Assembly (NCBI GenBank): GCA_025463125.1
Contig: JAOAPX010000152.1
Coordinates: forward strand, 19,816 to 83,815
Direction: 5' to 3'
Source of the DNA: Acidobacteriota bacterium
GTDB taxonomy: Bacteria; Acidobacteriota; Blastocatellia; Pyrinomonadales; Pyrinomonadaceae
DNA: 64,000 bases
Part shown: positions 16,280 to 26,457 of the stretch, piece after piece
Layout: each line of letters opens with the position of its first letter
Numbering within the stretch: the first letter of the stretch is position 1
The notes under the pieces: generated by a model
Databases searched by the model: none
What the model was told of the DNA's origin: nothing
The model's input: the letters and a program-made list of their open reading frames with translations, nothing else
Translations under genes and position numbers: made by a program

Positions 16280-18268
16280 ATGAATACAAATTTCGATTAT
16301 AACCCTACCCCGAACTCTCAACCGATTTTCAATTTTAACGAGCAGATAAAATCTATCTTTACAGAGATATTTGCTTTTTTCGGGACGGTTAACAAACAAG
16401 GGTATTTATTAAATTTAAGCGGCAATATTTTAGAAAAGACCAATTTAAATGCAAAATTATTAATTGGTCAGAAGTTTTCCGAGACGGTTTTCTGGCAATC
16501 TTCGGAACATACTTCCAGGATTCTTGACCAGGCGATAGAAGAAGCAGCCATGGGAAAGCCCGTAAAATCTCTGCTTAATTTCAGAATCAGTTCCGACAAC
16601 AAACTAATAATCGAATTGCATCTTTATCCTTCGCCGGAAAACGCGCCGGAAATCTTTTTCTGCGCCTATGACGTTACCGAACGCGAACGCGAAGTCGAAT
16701 ACCATAAACAGCGCAGCGAGCAATTGCTTTACGCCGCCGAAAGCGCCGACATCGGTTTATGGTCGTGGGATTTAACGGATAACACGTTTTATTCGACGCC
16801 GAAATGCAACGAGTTTTTCGAAACGAAAGCGTACGAACCGCTGATGTACGAATCATTTGTCGGCATCGTTCACCCGGAAGACCGCGAGCGCGTCGAAGAG
16901 GTTTTGCAGAATTCGCAATCGACCGGGACAGAATTTAACGAGCAATTCAGAGTTGTTTATTCAAACGGCAATACCGAATGGATTTCAGCGCGCGGAAAAA
17001 CCTTTCTTGACGCCGAAGGCGAACCGAATAAAACGATGGGCGTCGTTCGTAAAATCACCGAACAAAAAATTGCCGAAGAAGACCTTTCGAGAGTTTACGA
17101 CCGCGAGAAAAAAGCGCGCGACGAAGCCGAAGACGCCAATCGCGCCAAAGATTTTTTTCTCGCCTTTGTGTCCCACGAACTTCGCTCGCCGCTAAACGCG
17201 ATTTTGGGTTGGTCGAAAATTCTTTTGACGAAAAAAGTGGACGAAGAAACGCAAACCAGTGCGCTCGAAACGATCGAACGAAGCGCTCGCGCGCAAGCAC
17301 AGCTCATCAACGATCTGGTCGATTCGGCGCGCATTACTTCGGGCAAGCTGCGGCTCGAATTTCATCCGGTTAACTTATACGAAATCGTAAAAACCGTTTT
17401 CCATTCACAAAAACCGTCGGCTGAAGGGAAAAACATTAATCTTCAGTTTGATTATACAAGCGAGGAAATACCGGTTTTTGCCGACGCGGGACGGCTGCAG
17501 CAAGTTTTTAATAACTTAATTTCCAATGCTTTAAAGTTTACGCCCGAAGGCGGAATGATTTCCGTTCGCGCCGAAACGCAAAATGAATTCGCGAAAGTGA
17601 CGGTCAATGATAACGGGCAAGGAATCAGCCCGGAATCGCTGCCGAATATTTTTCGTCAATTTTCGCAGGGCAACGAATCGGATTTACGCGATCGCGGCGG
17701 ACTCGGTTTAGGATTGTCAATTGTGAAAATTCTGGTCGAAAAACATAACGGAAAAGTGCAAGCCGACAGCGCGGGCGTCGGTAAGGGATCGTCCTTTACC
17801 GTTTTCTTACCGTTATACAAGGAAAATCGAGCGAATTCTGACGACCGCGAAAGCGAAACCGAACAAAGCAATGAAAAACCTTTGCGCAAAGTTAAAATTC
17901 TGCTTGTAGAAGACGATGAAGATTCGCGCGAAGTTTTGGCGCTTTTCCTCGAACAGTGCGGCGCGCTGGTAATAAGCGCCGATTCGACAAAAGCCGCGAT
18001 GAGATTGCTGGAAACTTCCGTAAATGATCTGCCTGATGTAATTATTTCCGATCTGGCGATGCCGGATGAAGACGGTTATTCATTTATCAGCCGGATTCGC
18101 AAATTGCCGCAAAAAGACGGCGGAGAAATTTCCGCGATCGCTCTCAGCGCATTTGCGACAAAAGAAAATAAAGAAAAAGCTTTCGAGCTTGGATTTCAAA
18201 AATACAACACGAAACCGTTCGAGCCGGATTTATTGATTCAGGAAATCTTATCGCTCGTTAAAAAATAA
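16280..18268 (+). CDS. Hybrid sensor histidine kinase (PAS domains, HisKA, HATPase, C-terminal receiver)
   Basis: H-box SHELRSPLNAI, G-boxes GGLGLGLSIV, receiver motifs VEDDEDSREV...DVIISDLAMPDEDG. The start is uncertain (16184 or 16280). Confidence 0.85.
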   Translation: MNTNFDYNPTPNSQPIFNFNEQIKSIFTEIFAFFGTVNKQGYLLNLSGNILEKTNLNAKLLIGQKFSETVFWQSSEHTSRILDQAIEEAAMGKPVKSLLNFRISSDNKLIIELHLYPSPENAPEIFFCAYDVTEREREVEYHKQRSEQLLYAAESADIGLWSWDLTDNTFYSTPKCNEFFETKAYEPLMYESFVGIVHPEDRERVEEVLQNSQSTGTEFNEQFRVVYSNGNTEWISARGKTFLDAEGEPNKTMGVVRKITEQKIAEEDLSRVYDREKKARDEAEDANRAKDFFLAFVSHELRSPLNAILGWSKILLTKKVDEETQTSALETIERSARAQAQLINDLVDSARITSGKLRLEFHPVNLYEIVKTVFHSQKPSAEGKNINLQFDYTSEEIPVFADAGRLQQVFNNLISNALKFTPEGGMISVRAETQNEFAKVTVNDNGQGISPESLPNIFRQFSQGNESDLRDRGGLGLGLSIVKILVEKHNGKVQADSAGVGKGSSFTVFLPLYKENRANSDDRESETEQSNEKPLRKVKILLVEDDEDSREVLALFLEQCGALVISADSTKAAMRLLETSVNDLPDVIISDLAMPDEDGYSFISRIRKLPQKDGGEISAIALSAFATKENKEKAFELGFQKYNTKPFEPDLLIQEILSLVKK

Positions 18269-18272
18269 AATT

Positions 18273-18302
18273 AAAAAGGCGGATATTTATTCCGCCTTTT
18301 TA
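18273..18302. terminator. Bidirectional terminator
   Basis: AAAAAGGCGGA-tatttat-TCCGCCTTTTT between convergent genes. Confidence 0.8.
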
Positions 18303-18321
18303 ATTTTACAAAAATCGAAGA

Positions 18322-19947
18322 TCAATCTTTCAAACGTCTTGCTTTTTCAACCAGAGTTAAAAATTCGCCGCGATAATTCTGTAAATCCTCGCCGGTCGAA
18401 TTACGCGCTAAATGAGTGATATTTTCAAAATTCGCAGTTCCTTTATAGCGCGAATCGCGCAAAAGCAGCCCGAATTCGGCGACTGCCGCGGCAAAGCGTA
18501 AATTGTCGGAAGCCGCTTCAATCGGGTTGTTTTTATCCAGAACGCCCATCGTCAAAAGCTTGCTTTGATCTTCATCAAGCTCTTTATACCTGAGTTTTAC
18601 GGTCAAAAGCTCTTCGTTAAAAGTGGTCTCCGATGGAGCGAATTTTGAGTATTTCAGCGCGACGCCGCCGTTTTCCACTTTTTCGCCAGCCGGAACTATT
18701 TCATACAAAGCCGTGACAGAATGTCCCGCGCCGATTTCGCCCGCGTCTTTTTTATCGTCGCTAAAATCGCGATCAGCCAGCAGACGGTTTTCATAGCCGA
18801 TGAGCCGGTAGCCTGCAACTTTTTTCGGATTGAATTCGACCTGAATTTTCACGTCCTTAGCGATTGTGTAAAGCGTTCCGGCGATTTGCCGCCCGAGAGC
18901 TTTTCCGGCTTCTTCAGCCGAATCTATATACGCGTAATTTCCGTTTCCTTTATCGGCGAGCTTTTCCATCATCGAATCGTTCGTGTTTCCGGTGCCGAAG
19001 CCGAGAACCGACAGATATACGCCGCTTCGACGTTTTGTTTCGATAAGATTTACAAGCTCTGAATCGCTTGAAAGCCCGACATTGAAATCACCGTCGGTTG
19101 CGAGAATTACGCGATTGTTTCCATTTTCTATAAAGTTCTCGATCGCCGTTTTATAAGCCAGCTGAATTCCCTGTCCGCCGTTTGTCGAACCGCCTGCTTC
19201 CAAGTTTGCAAGAGCGCCGAGAATTTCCCGTTTATTGCCGGTCGAAGGCAAAACCAGACCGCCCGCACCGGCGTAGACGACAATCGCCACGCGGTCTTTC
19301 GCCGTCAATTGGTTAACCAGAATTCGCAGAGATTTCTTTAAAAGCGGCAATTTGTCCGGGTCGTTCATCGAGCCCGAAACGTCTATCAGGAAAACCAGGT
19401 TCGACGGCGGGACATTGTCGAGCGAAATCTTTTTGCCCTGCAAACCGATCTGAACGATTTTATGCTTCGAATTCCAGGGCGCGACCGCGATTTCAGTGTT
19501 TACCGAAAACGGCAGATCGCCGACCGGCTGCGGGTAATCGTATTCAAAATAATTGATTAATTCTTCGATGCGGACTGCATCTTTCGGCGGCAGTTCGCCG
19601 TCGTTCAAATACCGTCGAACATTTGCGTAAGAAGCCGTATCGACATCGATCGAAAACGTCGAGAGCGGGGCGCGCGAGCTTTCGAGAAAAGGATTTTCAG
19701 TGATTTCAGCGTATCGCTCGCCGCTCGATTTATGTTCTTCAAGCGATTCATTGGTGATTGTCGATGTATTGGATAAAGTATTTGTCGAGATTTCCCGAGC
19801 AATTGAAGCGTTCGAATTTACCCGGTAAGGATTTGTATCTGAACTCGTGCCCGAATTTATACTGCTCGAACCGCAGGCGACGCACAAGATTGAAAAGATT
19901 AATAAACCGGCGAACAATTGAATGCGAGAAATTGAGAATTGTTTCAT
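18322..19947 (-). CDS. YfbK-like von Willebrand factor A lipoprotein
   Basis: Lipobox-like SILCVAC-G, the N-terminal TFSIDVDTASYANVRRYL...IRIEELINYF segment typical of the YfbK family, and the MIDAS motif DVSGSM. Confidence 0.8.
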   Translation of the reverse strand: MKQFSISRIQLFAGLLIFSILCVACGSSSINSGTSSDTNPYRVNSNASIAREISTNTLSNTSTITNESLEEHKSSGERYAEITENPFLESSRAPLSTFSIDVDTASYANVRRYLNDGELPPKDAVRIEELINYFEYDYPQPVGDLPFSVNTEIAVAPWNSKHKIVQIGLQGKKISLDNVPPSNLVFLIDVSGSMNDPDKLPLLKKSLRILVNQLTAKDRVAIVVYAGAGGLVLPSTGNKREILGALANLEAGGSTNGGQGIQLAYKTAIENFIENGNNRVILATDGDFNVGLSSDSELVNLIETKRRSGVYLSVLGFGTGNTNDSMMEKLADKGNGNYAYIDSAEEAGKALGRQIAGTLYTIAKDVKIQVEFNPKKVAGYRLIGYENRLLADRDFSDDKKDAGEIGAGHSVTALYEIVPAGEKVENGGVALKYSKFAPSETTFNEELLTVKLRYKELDEDQSKLLTMGVLDKNNPIEAASDNLRFAAAVAEFGLLLRDSRYKGTANFENITHLARNSTGEDLQNYRGEFLTLVEKARRLKD

Positions 19948-20055
19948 AAAAAATTTCCTCCAAAAGAAAAATTGCAAGTTTGAAACTTGTCTGCGAACCG
20001 TCTATGCGAACAGGAACGAGCGCCGAAATTCAAACTTGCAATTTATTTTCGAAGT

Positions 20056-20089
20056 TTATTTTAGAAACTTATTTTAGAAACTTATTTTA
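20056..20089. repeat. 13-nt tandem repeat, about 2.6 copies
   Basis: ttattttagaaac x2 plus a partial third copy. It overlaps the stop codon of the 20074-20562 gene. Confidence 0.7.
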
Positions 20090-20562
20090 TTGCCTGAAAC
20101 CAAAACCGGAACCGCTTGTGATTCATCGAATTCCCGCTCGGAGTTATTCGTATTCTGTTCGTTTTCGACTATCACATAAAGATTTGCACCCGGATTTATA
20201 TCGCTCGACCAATCGAAAGTCTTAAAAAACGTGCTGCCGTTTTTGCAGTGAGAAGACGGCTGGAAATTGATTCTTTCGACGCCGATCAATTCAGTTTTAT
20301 CAGCTTCTTTCTCGTAGAATTTTAATAAAACTTCTTTCGGTTTATCTTTACATCTGATTTCGAAACCGAACAAACCGGTTTCTGAATTAAACAAAACCTG
20401 CCGGATCTCAAGATTGTAATTTTTGTTTTTTAATTGCTCGCTTTCTTTTGATTCAAACACAGGTTCGTTAACAGATTCCGGTAATTTAAATTCAGAGAAA
20501 ACAAGCAGAGAAGTTAGTGTAATGAGAGCGAAAAGCGCGAAGCCGACGACGTGTTTTTTCAT
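20074..20562 (-). CDS. Hypothetical exported or anchored protein
   Basis: 162-aa ORF with the N-terminal hydrophobic segment MKKHVVGFALFALITLTSLLVF. I recognised no family. Confidence 0.5.
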   Translation of the reverse strand: MKKHVVGFALFALITLTSLLVFSEFKLPESVNEPVFESKESEQLKNKNYNLEIRQVLFNSETGLFGFEIRCKDKPKEVLLKFYEKEADKTELIGVERINFQPSSHCKNGSTFFKTFDWSSDINPGANLYVIVENEQNTNNSEREFDESQAVPVLVSGNKISF

Positions 20563-20628
20563 GGCGTAAAATCTCCTTTTAAAAACTAGAACGATATTAA
20601 GCCAAACGCTTGCGGCGATACAAGATTT

Positions 20629-21171
20629 TTATGCAAATCTCGCCTCAATTAAATCGCCGCTGCGTTTTCCGAGTTTCGCCGTCAGATGCGGGTAAGTTTC
20701 GTGCTCGATTTCGTAATCTTCGATACCTAAAAACATTTCGGCTTCGGCGATCGCCGTTACAGAGCCTTCAATTTCCATAAAATCGCCGAACGGCAATTCG
20801 TCCACAACGATCTCAACCGAGCGAAAATCCCAGGTTTTTCGCCGTTTTTCATAAACTAAATTCCGCTTAAAGCCGAGATTCGCGATGATTTTTTCCAGCT
20901 CTGCGGCATTTTCGACCGCGGTTTCGTGTTCGAGCTGCCGCTTTACATCAAATTCGTTTTCAATGCGCTGCTTGAAAGTTAAAATCGTTTTATCCAGAGT
21001 TTTCCTAACGCGCAAAATCGCTCGCTTTTCGTCTAAATTTCCGCCGCCGTAAATCGTGTTTTCTTCGAAATCTTCGCCTTTGTACTCGGCTTTTATTTCA
21101 ATCAAAGCGCTTAAAACAAAATGCTTTTGCTCGCCCGTTAAGCGATATTTTTTCTCAATTTCTATTGCCAT
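20629..21171 (-). CDS. CYTH domain protein (class IV adenylate cyclase / triphosphatase fold)
   Basis: N-terminal ExExK signature in MAIEIEKKYRL. The size (180 aa) is typical. Confidence 0.8.
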   Translation of the reverse strand: MAIEIEKKYRLTGEQKHFVLSALIEIKAEYKGEDFEENTIYGGGNLDEKRAILRVRKTLDKTILTFKQRIENEFDVKRQLEHETAVENAAELEKIIANLGFKRNLVYEKRRKTWDFRSVEIVVDELPFGDFMEIEGSVTAIAEAEMFLGIEDYEIEHETYPHLTAKLGKRSGDLIEARFA

Positions 21172-21240
21172 AAATCGCGATCATTTTTCGTCTCTGGAAA
21201 TATTCGAATTTATTTTCAACCCAGATCTTCTTTCATTATT

Positions 21241-22593
21241 TTAAGCCTGGCGAATCCATTTCCAGACTTCGGGAATGGTCGCCCGTTTGCCGTACATCAG
21301 CATTCCGACGCGGTAGACGCGCGCCGCGAGCCAGACGAGCGCGGCAATCGCGAGGCTGTTTATCAAAATTGAAAGCCCGATCTGCCAAATGGGCGGAGTT
21401 TCGGCGAGAATTCGAACGGGCATTGTAATCGGAGCGAAAAACGGCGCGATAGAAACCCAGAACGAAAGGCTCGAATTCGGATCGCGGATAACGGCAAAGC
21501 TGAAATAAAAGCCGATCAGCAGAAGCATTATCGGCGGAAAAGAAAACTGCCCGCCTTCCTGCACGCTCGTCACCATCGCGCCGATAAGAGCAAAGATCGA
21601 AGCGTATATAAAAAATCCGAGCAGAAAATAAATAAAAAACAGGAGAATCATCAGCGGCGTAATGTTCGGAATCGCTATGTCCATTCCGGCTGCCGTAAAC
21701 ATTGTCGCGCCGAATCCGGCTAAAATCACCGCCGAAATTATCCAGATCGAAAGCTGCGTAAGTCCCGCCAGACCGACGCCGACGAGCTTGCCCATCATCA
21801 GTTCGAACGGCTTTGCCGAGGAAAACAGTATTTCAGCAATCCGCGTTTCTTTTTCCTCGACGACCGCAGACATAATCATCTGCCCGTAAATCGCCAGCGT
21901 GATATAAATCATCAAACCGATAATAAACGCGGCGATAAAGCTGCTGTCGGAATCCTTCTCGTTCCCTTTTTCATCAACGCCCTTCGCTTCAAAATCAACA
22001 TTCCGGCTCAACGTTTTTATTTTCGATTCATCGATCCGGGCGTCGGCGAGCCTCTGCGAGCGGACGGCTTCGTTCACCGCGTCTTTTAAGATTCTTTCGG
22101 TAACGAAATCTCCGGCTTTGCGCGAGAAAAATTCATATTTCGCGACCGGCGCGTCGAATTCTTTCGGAATCAAAAGATACGCGTCCAATTCCTTTCCAAT
22201 GATTTTTTCGTTCAGCTCCCGGCGAATTTGTTCGGGCGATTTTTCGGCGCCGCTGTATTCGGCAAAAGCGAAACTCTCGCCCAATTGCTGAACGCCGCGC
22301 TGCATTTTTTCTTCTCCGGAGGCATTTATATCCGTCACGGCGTCTTTTGTCGCCTGCCGGGATTTTTCCAGTAATTTTTCCGACGCGAGACTTTCCCGTA
22401 AACGCGGCTCGATTTTTCCGGTCGGATCAACGATCGCGATTCGGGTCGGCTCGCCCTTGATTGAAAAAATTATCGCCGGAACAACCGCAAATCCCGCGGC
22501 GATTACCGGAAAAAGCAAAGTTCCGATCAGAAAAGCCCATTTCAGAACGATTTTTTTGTATTCGTGTTTTACAACGGCTAAAAATTTACGCAT
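21241..22593 (-). CDS. ABC-2 type transporter permease
   Basis: N-terminal TM helix, a large extracytoplasmic loop, then 5-6 C-terminal TM helices. It overlaps the upstream ATPase gene by 8 nt. Confidence 0.8.
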   Translation of the reverse strand: MRKFLAVVKHEYKKIVLKWAFLIGTLLFPVIAAGFAVVPAIIFSIKGEPTRIAIVDPTGKIEPRLRESLASEKLLEKSRQATKDAVTDINASGEEKMQRGVQQLGESFAFAEYSGAEKSPEQIRRELNEKIIGKELDAYLLIPKEFDAPVAKYEFFSRKAGDFVTERILKDAVNEAVRSQRLADARIDESKIKTLSRNVDFEAKGVDEKGNEKDSDSSFIAAFIIGLMIYITLAIYGQMIMSAVVEEKETRIAEILFSSAKPFELMMGKLVGVGLAGLTQLSIWIISAVILAGFGATMFTAAGMDIAIPNITPLMILLFFIYFLLGFFIYASIFALIGAMVTSVQEGGQFSFPPIMLLLIGFYFSFAVIRDPNSSLSFWVSIAPFFAPITMPVRILAETPPIWQIGLSILINSLAIAALVWLAARVYRVGMLMYGKRATIPEVWKWIRQA

Positions 22594-23503
22594 TTGTTTC
22601 TTTTACTTTTTCGATAAAAATGTCATTAAGGCTCGCCTCGATTTGCTCGAATTTCGTAATCGTCGCGCCGCTTTCAATCAATCTTTTTAAAAGGCTCTGC
22701 GAATCCGCGCCGGCGGCAAGTTCTATTTCTTTTTCGTCAGAGTGTTCGACGATTCTTGCGACTAAATTCGCGTCATGCAAAACATTCAAACCGCCTTCGC
22801 AGCGCAGCGAGATCAGATTTTTCCCGAAACTCGCCTTAACTTCGCGCAAGCTTCCGCCGACGACTTTGCGCGATTTATTGATTAAAATGATATCGTCGCA
22901 GAGTCTTTCGGCAGTTTCCATTAAATGCGTGGAAAATATAATTGTTTTATGCCGCGCTTTCAGCTCGGCGACGACATTGATCATAAATTCGACGTTTACC
23001 GGATCGAGACCGGAAAAAGGTTCGTCGAGAATGAGCAGATCCGGGTCGTGCAGAACGGTCGAAATAAACTGTATTTTCTGCTGCATTCCTTTGGAAAGAT
23101 CGGTTGTTTTTTTCTTTTTCCATTCCGAAAGCTGCATTCTGTCGAGCCAGAAATCAATCCGCCGATCGGCTTCGGCTTGCGGAACGTCTTTCAAAGCCGC
23201 GAAATAACGCAGTTGATCCTGAATCTTCATTTTTTTATAAAGACCGCGTTCTTCCGGCAAATATCCGATCCGATTTTGCAGTTCGGTCGATATTCGATCG
23301 CCAAAAAGCTCTATGTTTCCCGAATCCGGGAAAGTAATGCCGACGATCATTCGAATGGTCGTGGTCTTGCCCGCGCCGTTCGGTCCGAGAAATCCGAAAA
23401 CCCGTCCGGACTTTACCGAAAAACTTAAATTTTCAACTGCGGTAAAATCGCCGAAACGCTTGGAAACGTTTTCAACTTTTAGCGTCGTATTTTGTTCTGT
23501 CAT
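22586..23503 (-). CDS. ABC transporter ATP-binding protein
   Basis: Walker A GPNGAGKTT, signature LSKGMQQK, Walker B LLILDEP. Confidence 0.92.
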   Translation of the reverse strand: MTEQNTTLKVENVSKRFGDFTAVENLSFSVKSGRVFGFLGPNGAGKTTTIRMIVGITFPDSGNIELFGDRISTELQNRIGYLPEERGLYKKMKIQDQLRYFAALKDVPQAEADRRIDFWLDRMQLSEWKKKKTTDLSKGMQQKIQFISTVLHDPDLLILDEPFSGLDPVNVEFMINVVAELKARHKTIIFSTHLMETAERLCDDIILINKSRKVVGGSLREVKASFGKNLISLRCEGGLNVLHDANLVARIVEHSDEKEIELAAGADSQSLLKRLIESGATITKFEQIEASLNDIFIEKVKETNA

Positions 23504-23616
23504 TATTTAGCGATAACTATAAATGAAACTTTTGAATTTGGAAAACTTATTATATTTTATCAATTACGAAAGTATTTAATACGTAAGGTCGGCAGATTTT
23601 GTTTGGAGAATGTTAA

Positions 23617-23973
23617 GTGAAATCAATAAGAGTAATTTACTGGATCGCAACGGCGCTTTTGTGCCTGATGATGCTCGCTTCCGGAATAATGTATCTGGTC
23701 AATTACGCGGAAGTCGCGAAAGTTTTCAGCGATCTCGGCTACCCGGCATATCTCGTTTACCCGCTCGGCATTGCGAAGATTCTCGGCGTCGCCGCGATTC
23801 TCACCAAAAAATCAAAAACATTGAAGGATTTAGCTTACGCCGGATTTTTCTATGATTTCACGCTCGCTTTGATAGCTCATATAAATGCCGGCGACGGCGG
23901 ATTCATCGTGCCTTTAATCGCCTTGACGCTTTTAATCGTTTCTTTCCTGACCGACCGGAAAATCTATGGCTAA
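23617..23973 (+). CDS. DoxX-like membrane protein
   Basis: 118 aa with four hydrophobic helices and a DoxX-like pattern (ATALLCLMMLASGIMYL...GIAKILGVAAIL). GTG start preceded by GGAGA. Confidence 0.7.
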   Translation: MKSIRVIYWIATALLCLMMLASGIMYLVNYAEVAKVFSDLGYPAYLVYPLGIAKILGVAAILTKKSKTLKDLAYAGFFYDFTLALIAHINAGDGGFIVPLIALTLLIVSFLTDRKIYG

Positions 23974-24061
23974 AGTTTTTTGCGGCTGTTTTTTTTAATC
24001 GATTAATCGGATGAATGTTTTTCACAAGCTATAATTATTACGTATTACGCAGGAAAATAAT

Positions 24062-25081
24062 ATGGAAGTTTTCGTTTACCGTCCCGGCACCGATCAGATA
24101 GAAGAAGGTTTTACCGAAAGAGAGCTTCCGGAGCTTTTAGCCGATGAAAGAAACATCGTTTGGATCGATATGGAAGCTCCGACGATCGAAGATGAAAAAA
24201 TTCTTTTGAATCTTTTCAAATTTCATCATTTAACTGTCGAAGACGCGCACGAAACCAGGAATCATCCGAAAGTCGAAGCTTTTCCCGATTATTTGTTTTT
24301 TATTGTCCACGGAGTTAAAAACGAAACAAATTCCTACAATTTCGTCACCAAGGAAATGGACGGCTATTTAGGAAAAAACTTTGTCGTCACTTATCACCAC
24401 GAAAAGTTTCGCTCGATCGACGCAGTCAAACGACAGCTTCGTTCGACGCCTTACGCGTGCTCGCGCGGCGCGGATTACCTCCTTCATCAGATTCTCGATC
24501 AAATCGTCGATCTATACATTCCGATTGTCGATGATTTTGATAACGCGATCAATCAGATCGAAGAACGCATTTTTCGAATGAAACAAGCCGATAACAGTAT
24601 TCTCGAAGAGATAATGGATTTAAAGCGCAGCGCAAACCGTTTGATTAGAATCAGCACGAAACAGTTAAACGTCTTATACCGGCTGGCGCACGGCGAGTTT
24701 CCCCTGATTAATCAAAGCATACTGCCGTTTTACCGTGATGTTTATGACCATTTGCAGCGCGTTTCCGACCTTGCCGAAAATTACCGCGATTTGATCGGCG
24801 GGCTGCTCGACATCCATTTCAGCATCATCGCCAATCGCACAAATGACGTGATGAAAGTAATGACGATTTTCTCTTCGATTATGCTGCCGCTTTCGCTGAT
24901 CGCGGGAATTTACGGAATGAATTTTGATAATATGCCCGAGCTGCATTCAAAATACGGTTATTATATAACGCTCGTTTTTATGGCGATGGTCGCCGCCGGA
25001 TTATTATTTTATTTCTGGCGAAAAGGCTGGATTCTTCAAAGAGAAAATTATATTAAAGAGACGGATGAGGAAAACCAATAA
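24062..25081 (+). CDS. corA: Magnesium/cobalt transporter CorA
   Basis: YGMNF (GMN) motif between two C-terminal TM helices. 339 aa. Confidence 0.9.
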   Translation: MEVFVYRPGTDQIEEGFTERELPELLADERNIVWIDMEAPTIEDEKILLNLFKFHHLTVEDAHETRNHPKVEAFPDYLFFIVHGVKNETNSYNFVTKEMDGYLGKNFVVTYHHEKFRSIDAVKRQLRSTPYACSRGADYLLHQILDQIVDLYIPIVDDFDNAINQIEERIFRMKQADNSILEEIMDLKRSANRLIRISTKQLNVLYRLAHGEFPLINQSILPFYRDVYDHLQRVSDLAENYRDLIGGLLDIHFSIIANRTNDVMKVMTIFSSIMLPLSLIAGIYGMNFDNMPELHSKYGYYITLVFMAMVAAGLLFYFWRKGWILQRENYIKETDEENQ

Positions 25082-25088
25082 TGCGCGC

Positions 25089-25811
25089 TTAAATTTCCTG
25101 CATAATTCTTTTCAGCTGCGCGTCGCCGAAGCCGTAAACCCCTGCCCGGCGCGAAAATTCGCTGAATATTTCGGAAAAGTCAGTTGTACCGTTTTCGGCA
25201 ATCTGTTCGAGTATTTTACGCGGTCGAGAATCCTTTTCGATTTCCGCGCGGCAAACTTCCTTCAAGAATGGAAAACAAGCCGAGTTTGTTTCCGAAAGCG
25301 ATTCGAGAGTTTCGTGATCTGAATTCTGATAAGCTTTCCAGAGATTTGCGCCCAGGCTTATATCATCTTTTTCAAACTTTATTTTACGCTCGAAACATTG
25401 CCGCAAATCTTCAATGTCTAACTTGCCGAAACCCGTCCAGACGTTCTTTGCGTCTTTTATAACCGGCGCGACGCGGTAAACCGTCGCTTTTGTTTCGCTC
25501 AGCAAATCAAGGCAAAACCACATATTCGCCTGGCAAAACAATTCGTGTTCAAACCAGAGATAAACATTTGTTCCCGGCGCGAGATCGTTTAATTTTTGCA
25601 GCTCGGCGGCGACTTTTTTAAAGTATTGTTCCTTGCTCTCGCCGTAAGAAAGCTTTATAAAATTCGCCCTCGTTTCCCAGAAATCATTTATATTTTCAGC
25701 TTTGACATCGCCTTCGATCAGACATTCGCGACAAATTGCGATTTCGCCGTTTAGACCGGTTTTATTAAATTTTTCCGCTAAAGCGTCACCCGGCAGCACG
25801 TGTAAAATCAT
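25089..25811 (-). CDS. DUF1835-like protein
   Basis: The N-terminus MILHVLPGDALAEKF resembles DUF1835 proteins. The ATG at 25811 overlaps the pgpA stop as ATGA. The longer track ORF (to 25886) would overlap pgpA by 79 nt. Confidence 0.5.
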   Translation of the reverse strand: MILHVLPGDALAEKFNKTGLNGEIAICRECLIEGDVKAENINDFWETRANFIKLSYGESKEQYFKKVAAELQKLNDLAPGTNVYLWFEHELFCQANMWFCLDLLSETKATVYRVAPVIKDAKNVWTGFGKLDIEDLRQCFERKIKFEKDDISLGANLWKAYQNSDHETLESLSETNSACFPFLKEVCRAEIEKDSRPRKILEQIAENGTTDFSEIFSEFSRRAGVYGFGDAQLKRIMQEI

Positions 25812-26416
25812 ACAATTAAACTCAAAGCGTATAGTAAACTCAGAATCGCCCCGCCGTAAACGCCCGCTAAAATATCGTCGGCGCAAACGCCGATTCCAGC
25901 CGGAAGGTTTTGCAGCGAATCGATCGGGTAAGGCTTCCAGATATCGAAAAGCCTGAACAAAAGGAAACCGGCTAAAACCAATTTCCAGGAAATATTGAAA
26001 GGAACGAAAAGGAACACCAGCAATTGACCGATAACTTCGTCAACGACAGCCTGCTGCGGGTCTTTGTTCTTAAAAAGCTCGGTCGCGCGATTAGCCGCCC
26101 AGATGCCTAAAAGGCAAAAAAGCAAAAACAAAAAAGCGATGCCGACATGGACGATTGCCGAAATTTGCTCGGGCAGAAACCCGCTGTCTGAAAAATATAT
26201 CGAAAAGTCGGATTCCAGTTTGCGAAATCCCAGGTAAATCAAAACTCCGACCGCCGATCCCCAGGTTCCGGGCGCGAGCGGCAGATACCCGACGCCAAAA
26301 GTAGTGACGCCGAGAGAAAAGTAATCGAGAAAACTTTTATTTTCGTTTTGTTTCGCGGCAAGTTTCTGCGCTTCGACAGCGGCGGATGTGTGTATTATTT
26401 CGTCGTAACCGGGCAT
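25808..26416 (-). CDS. pgpA: Phosphatidylglycerophosphatase A
   Basis: FGVGYLPLAPGTWGS...FDIWKPYPI motifs characteristic of PgpA. Confidence 0.85.
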   Translation of the reverse strand: MPGYDEIIHTSAAVEAQKLAAKQNENKSFLDYFSLGVTTFGVGYLPLAPGTWGSAVGVLIYLGFRKLESDFSIYFSDSGFLPEQISAIVHVGIAFLFLLFCLLGIWAANRATELFKNKDPQQAVVDEVIGQLLVFLFVPFNISWKLVLAGFLLFRLFDIWKPYPIDSLQNLPAGIGVCADDILAGVYGGAILSLLYALSLIV

Positions 26417-26457
26417 TAATTCGTCTTCTTATCAGTATAATTATTAAAATTCAATTA

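Noticed and set aside
22461-23207. 248-aa plus-strand ORF
   Set aside because: It is antisense to the ABC ATPase and permease genes, which have unambiguous Walker motifs.
23974-24061. Magnesium (M-box) riboswitch upstream of corA
   Set aside because: The spacer is only 88 nt, which is far too short. It contains just a TATAAT-type promoter.
25812-25886. Longer version of the DUF1835-like ORF that overlaps pgpA by 79 nt
   Set aside because: The Arg-rich extension looks non-coding. The ATG at 25811 gives a classic ATGA stop/start overlap with pgpA.
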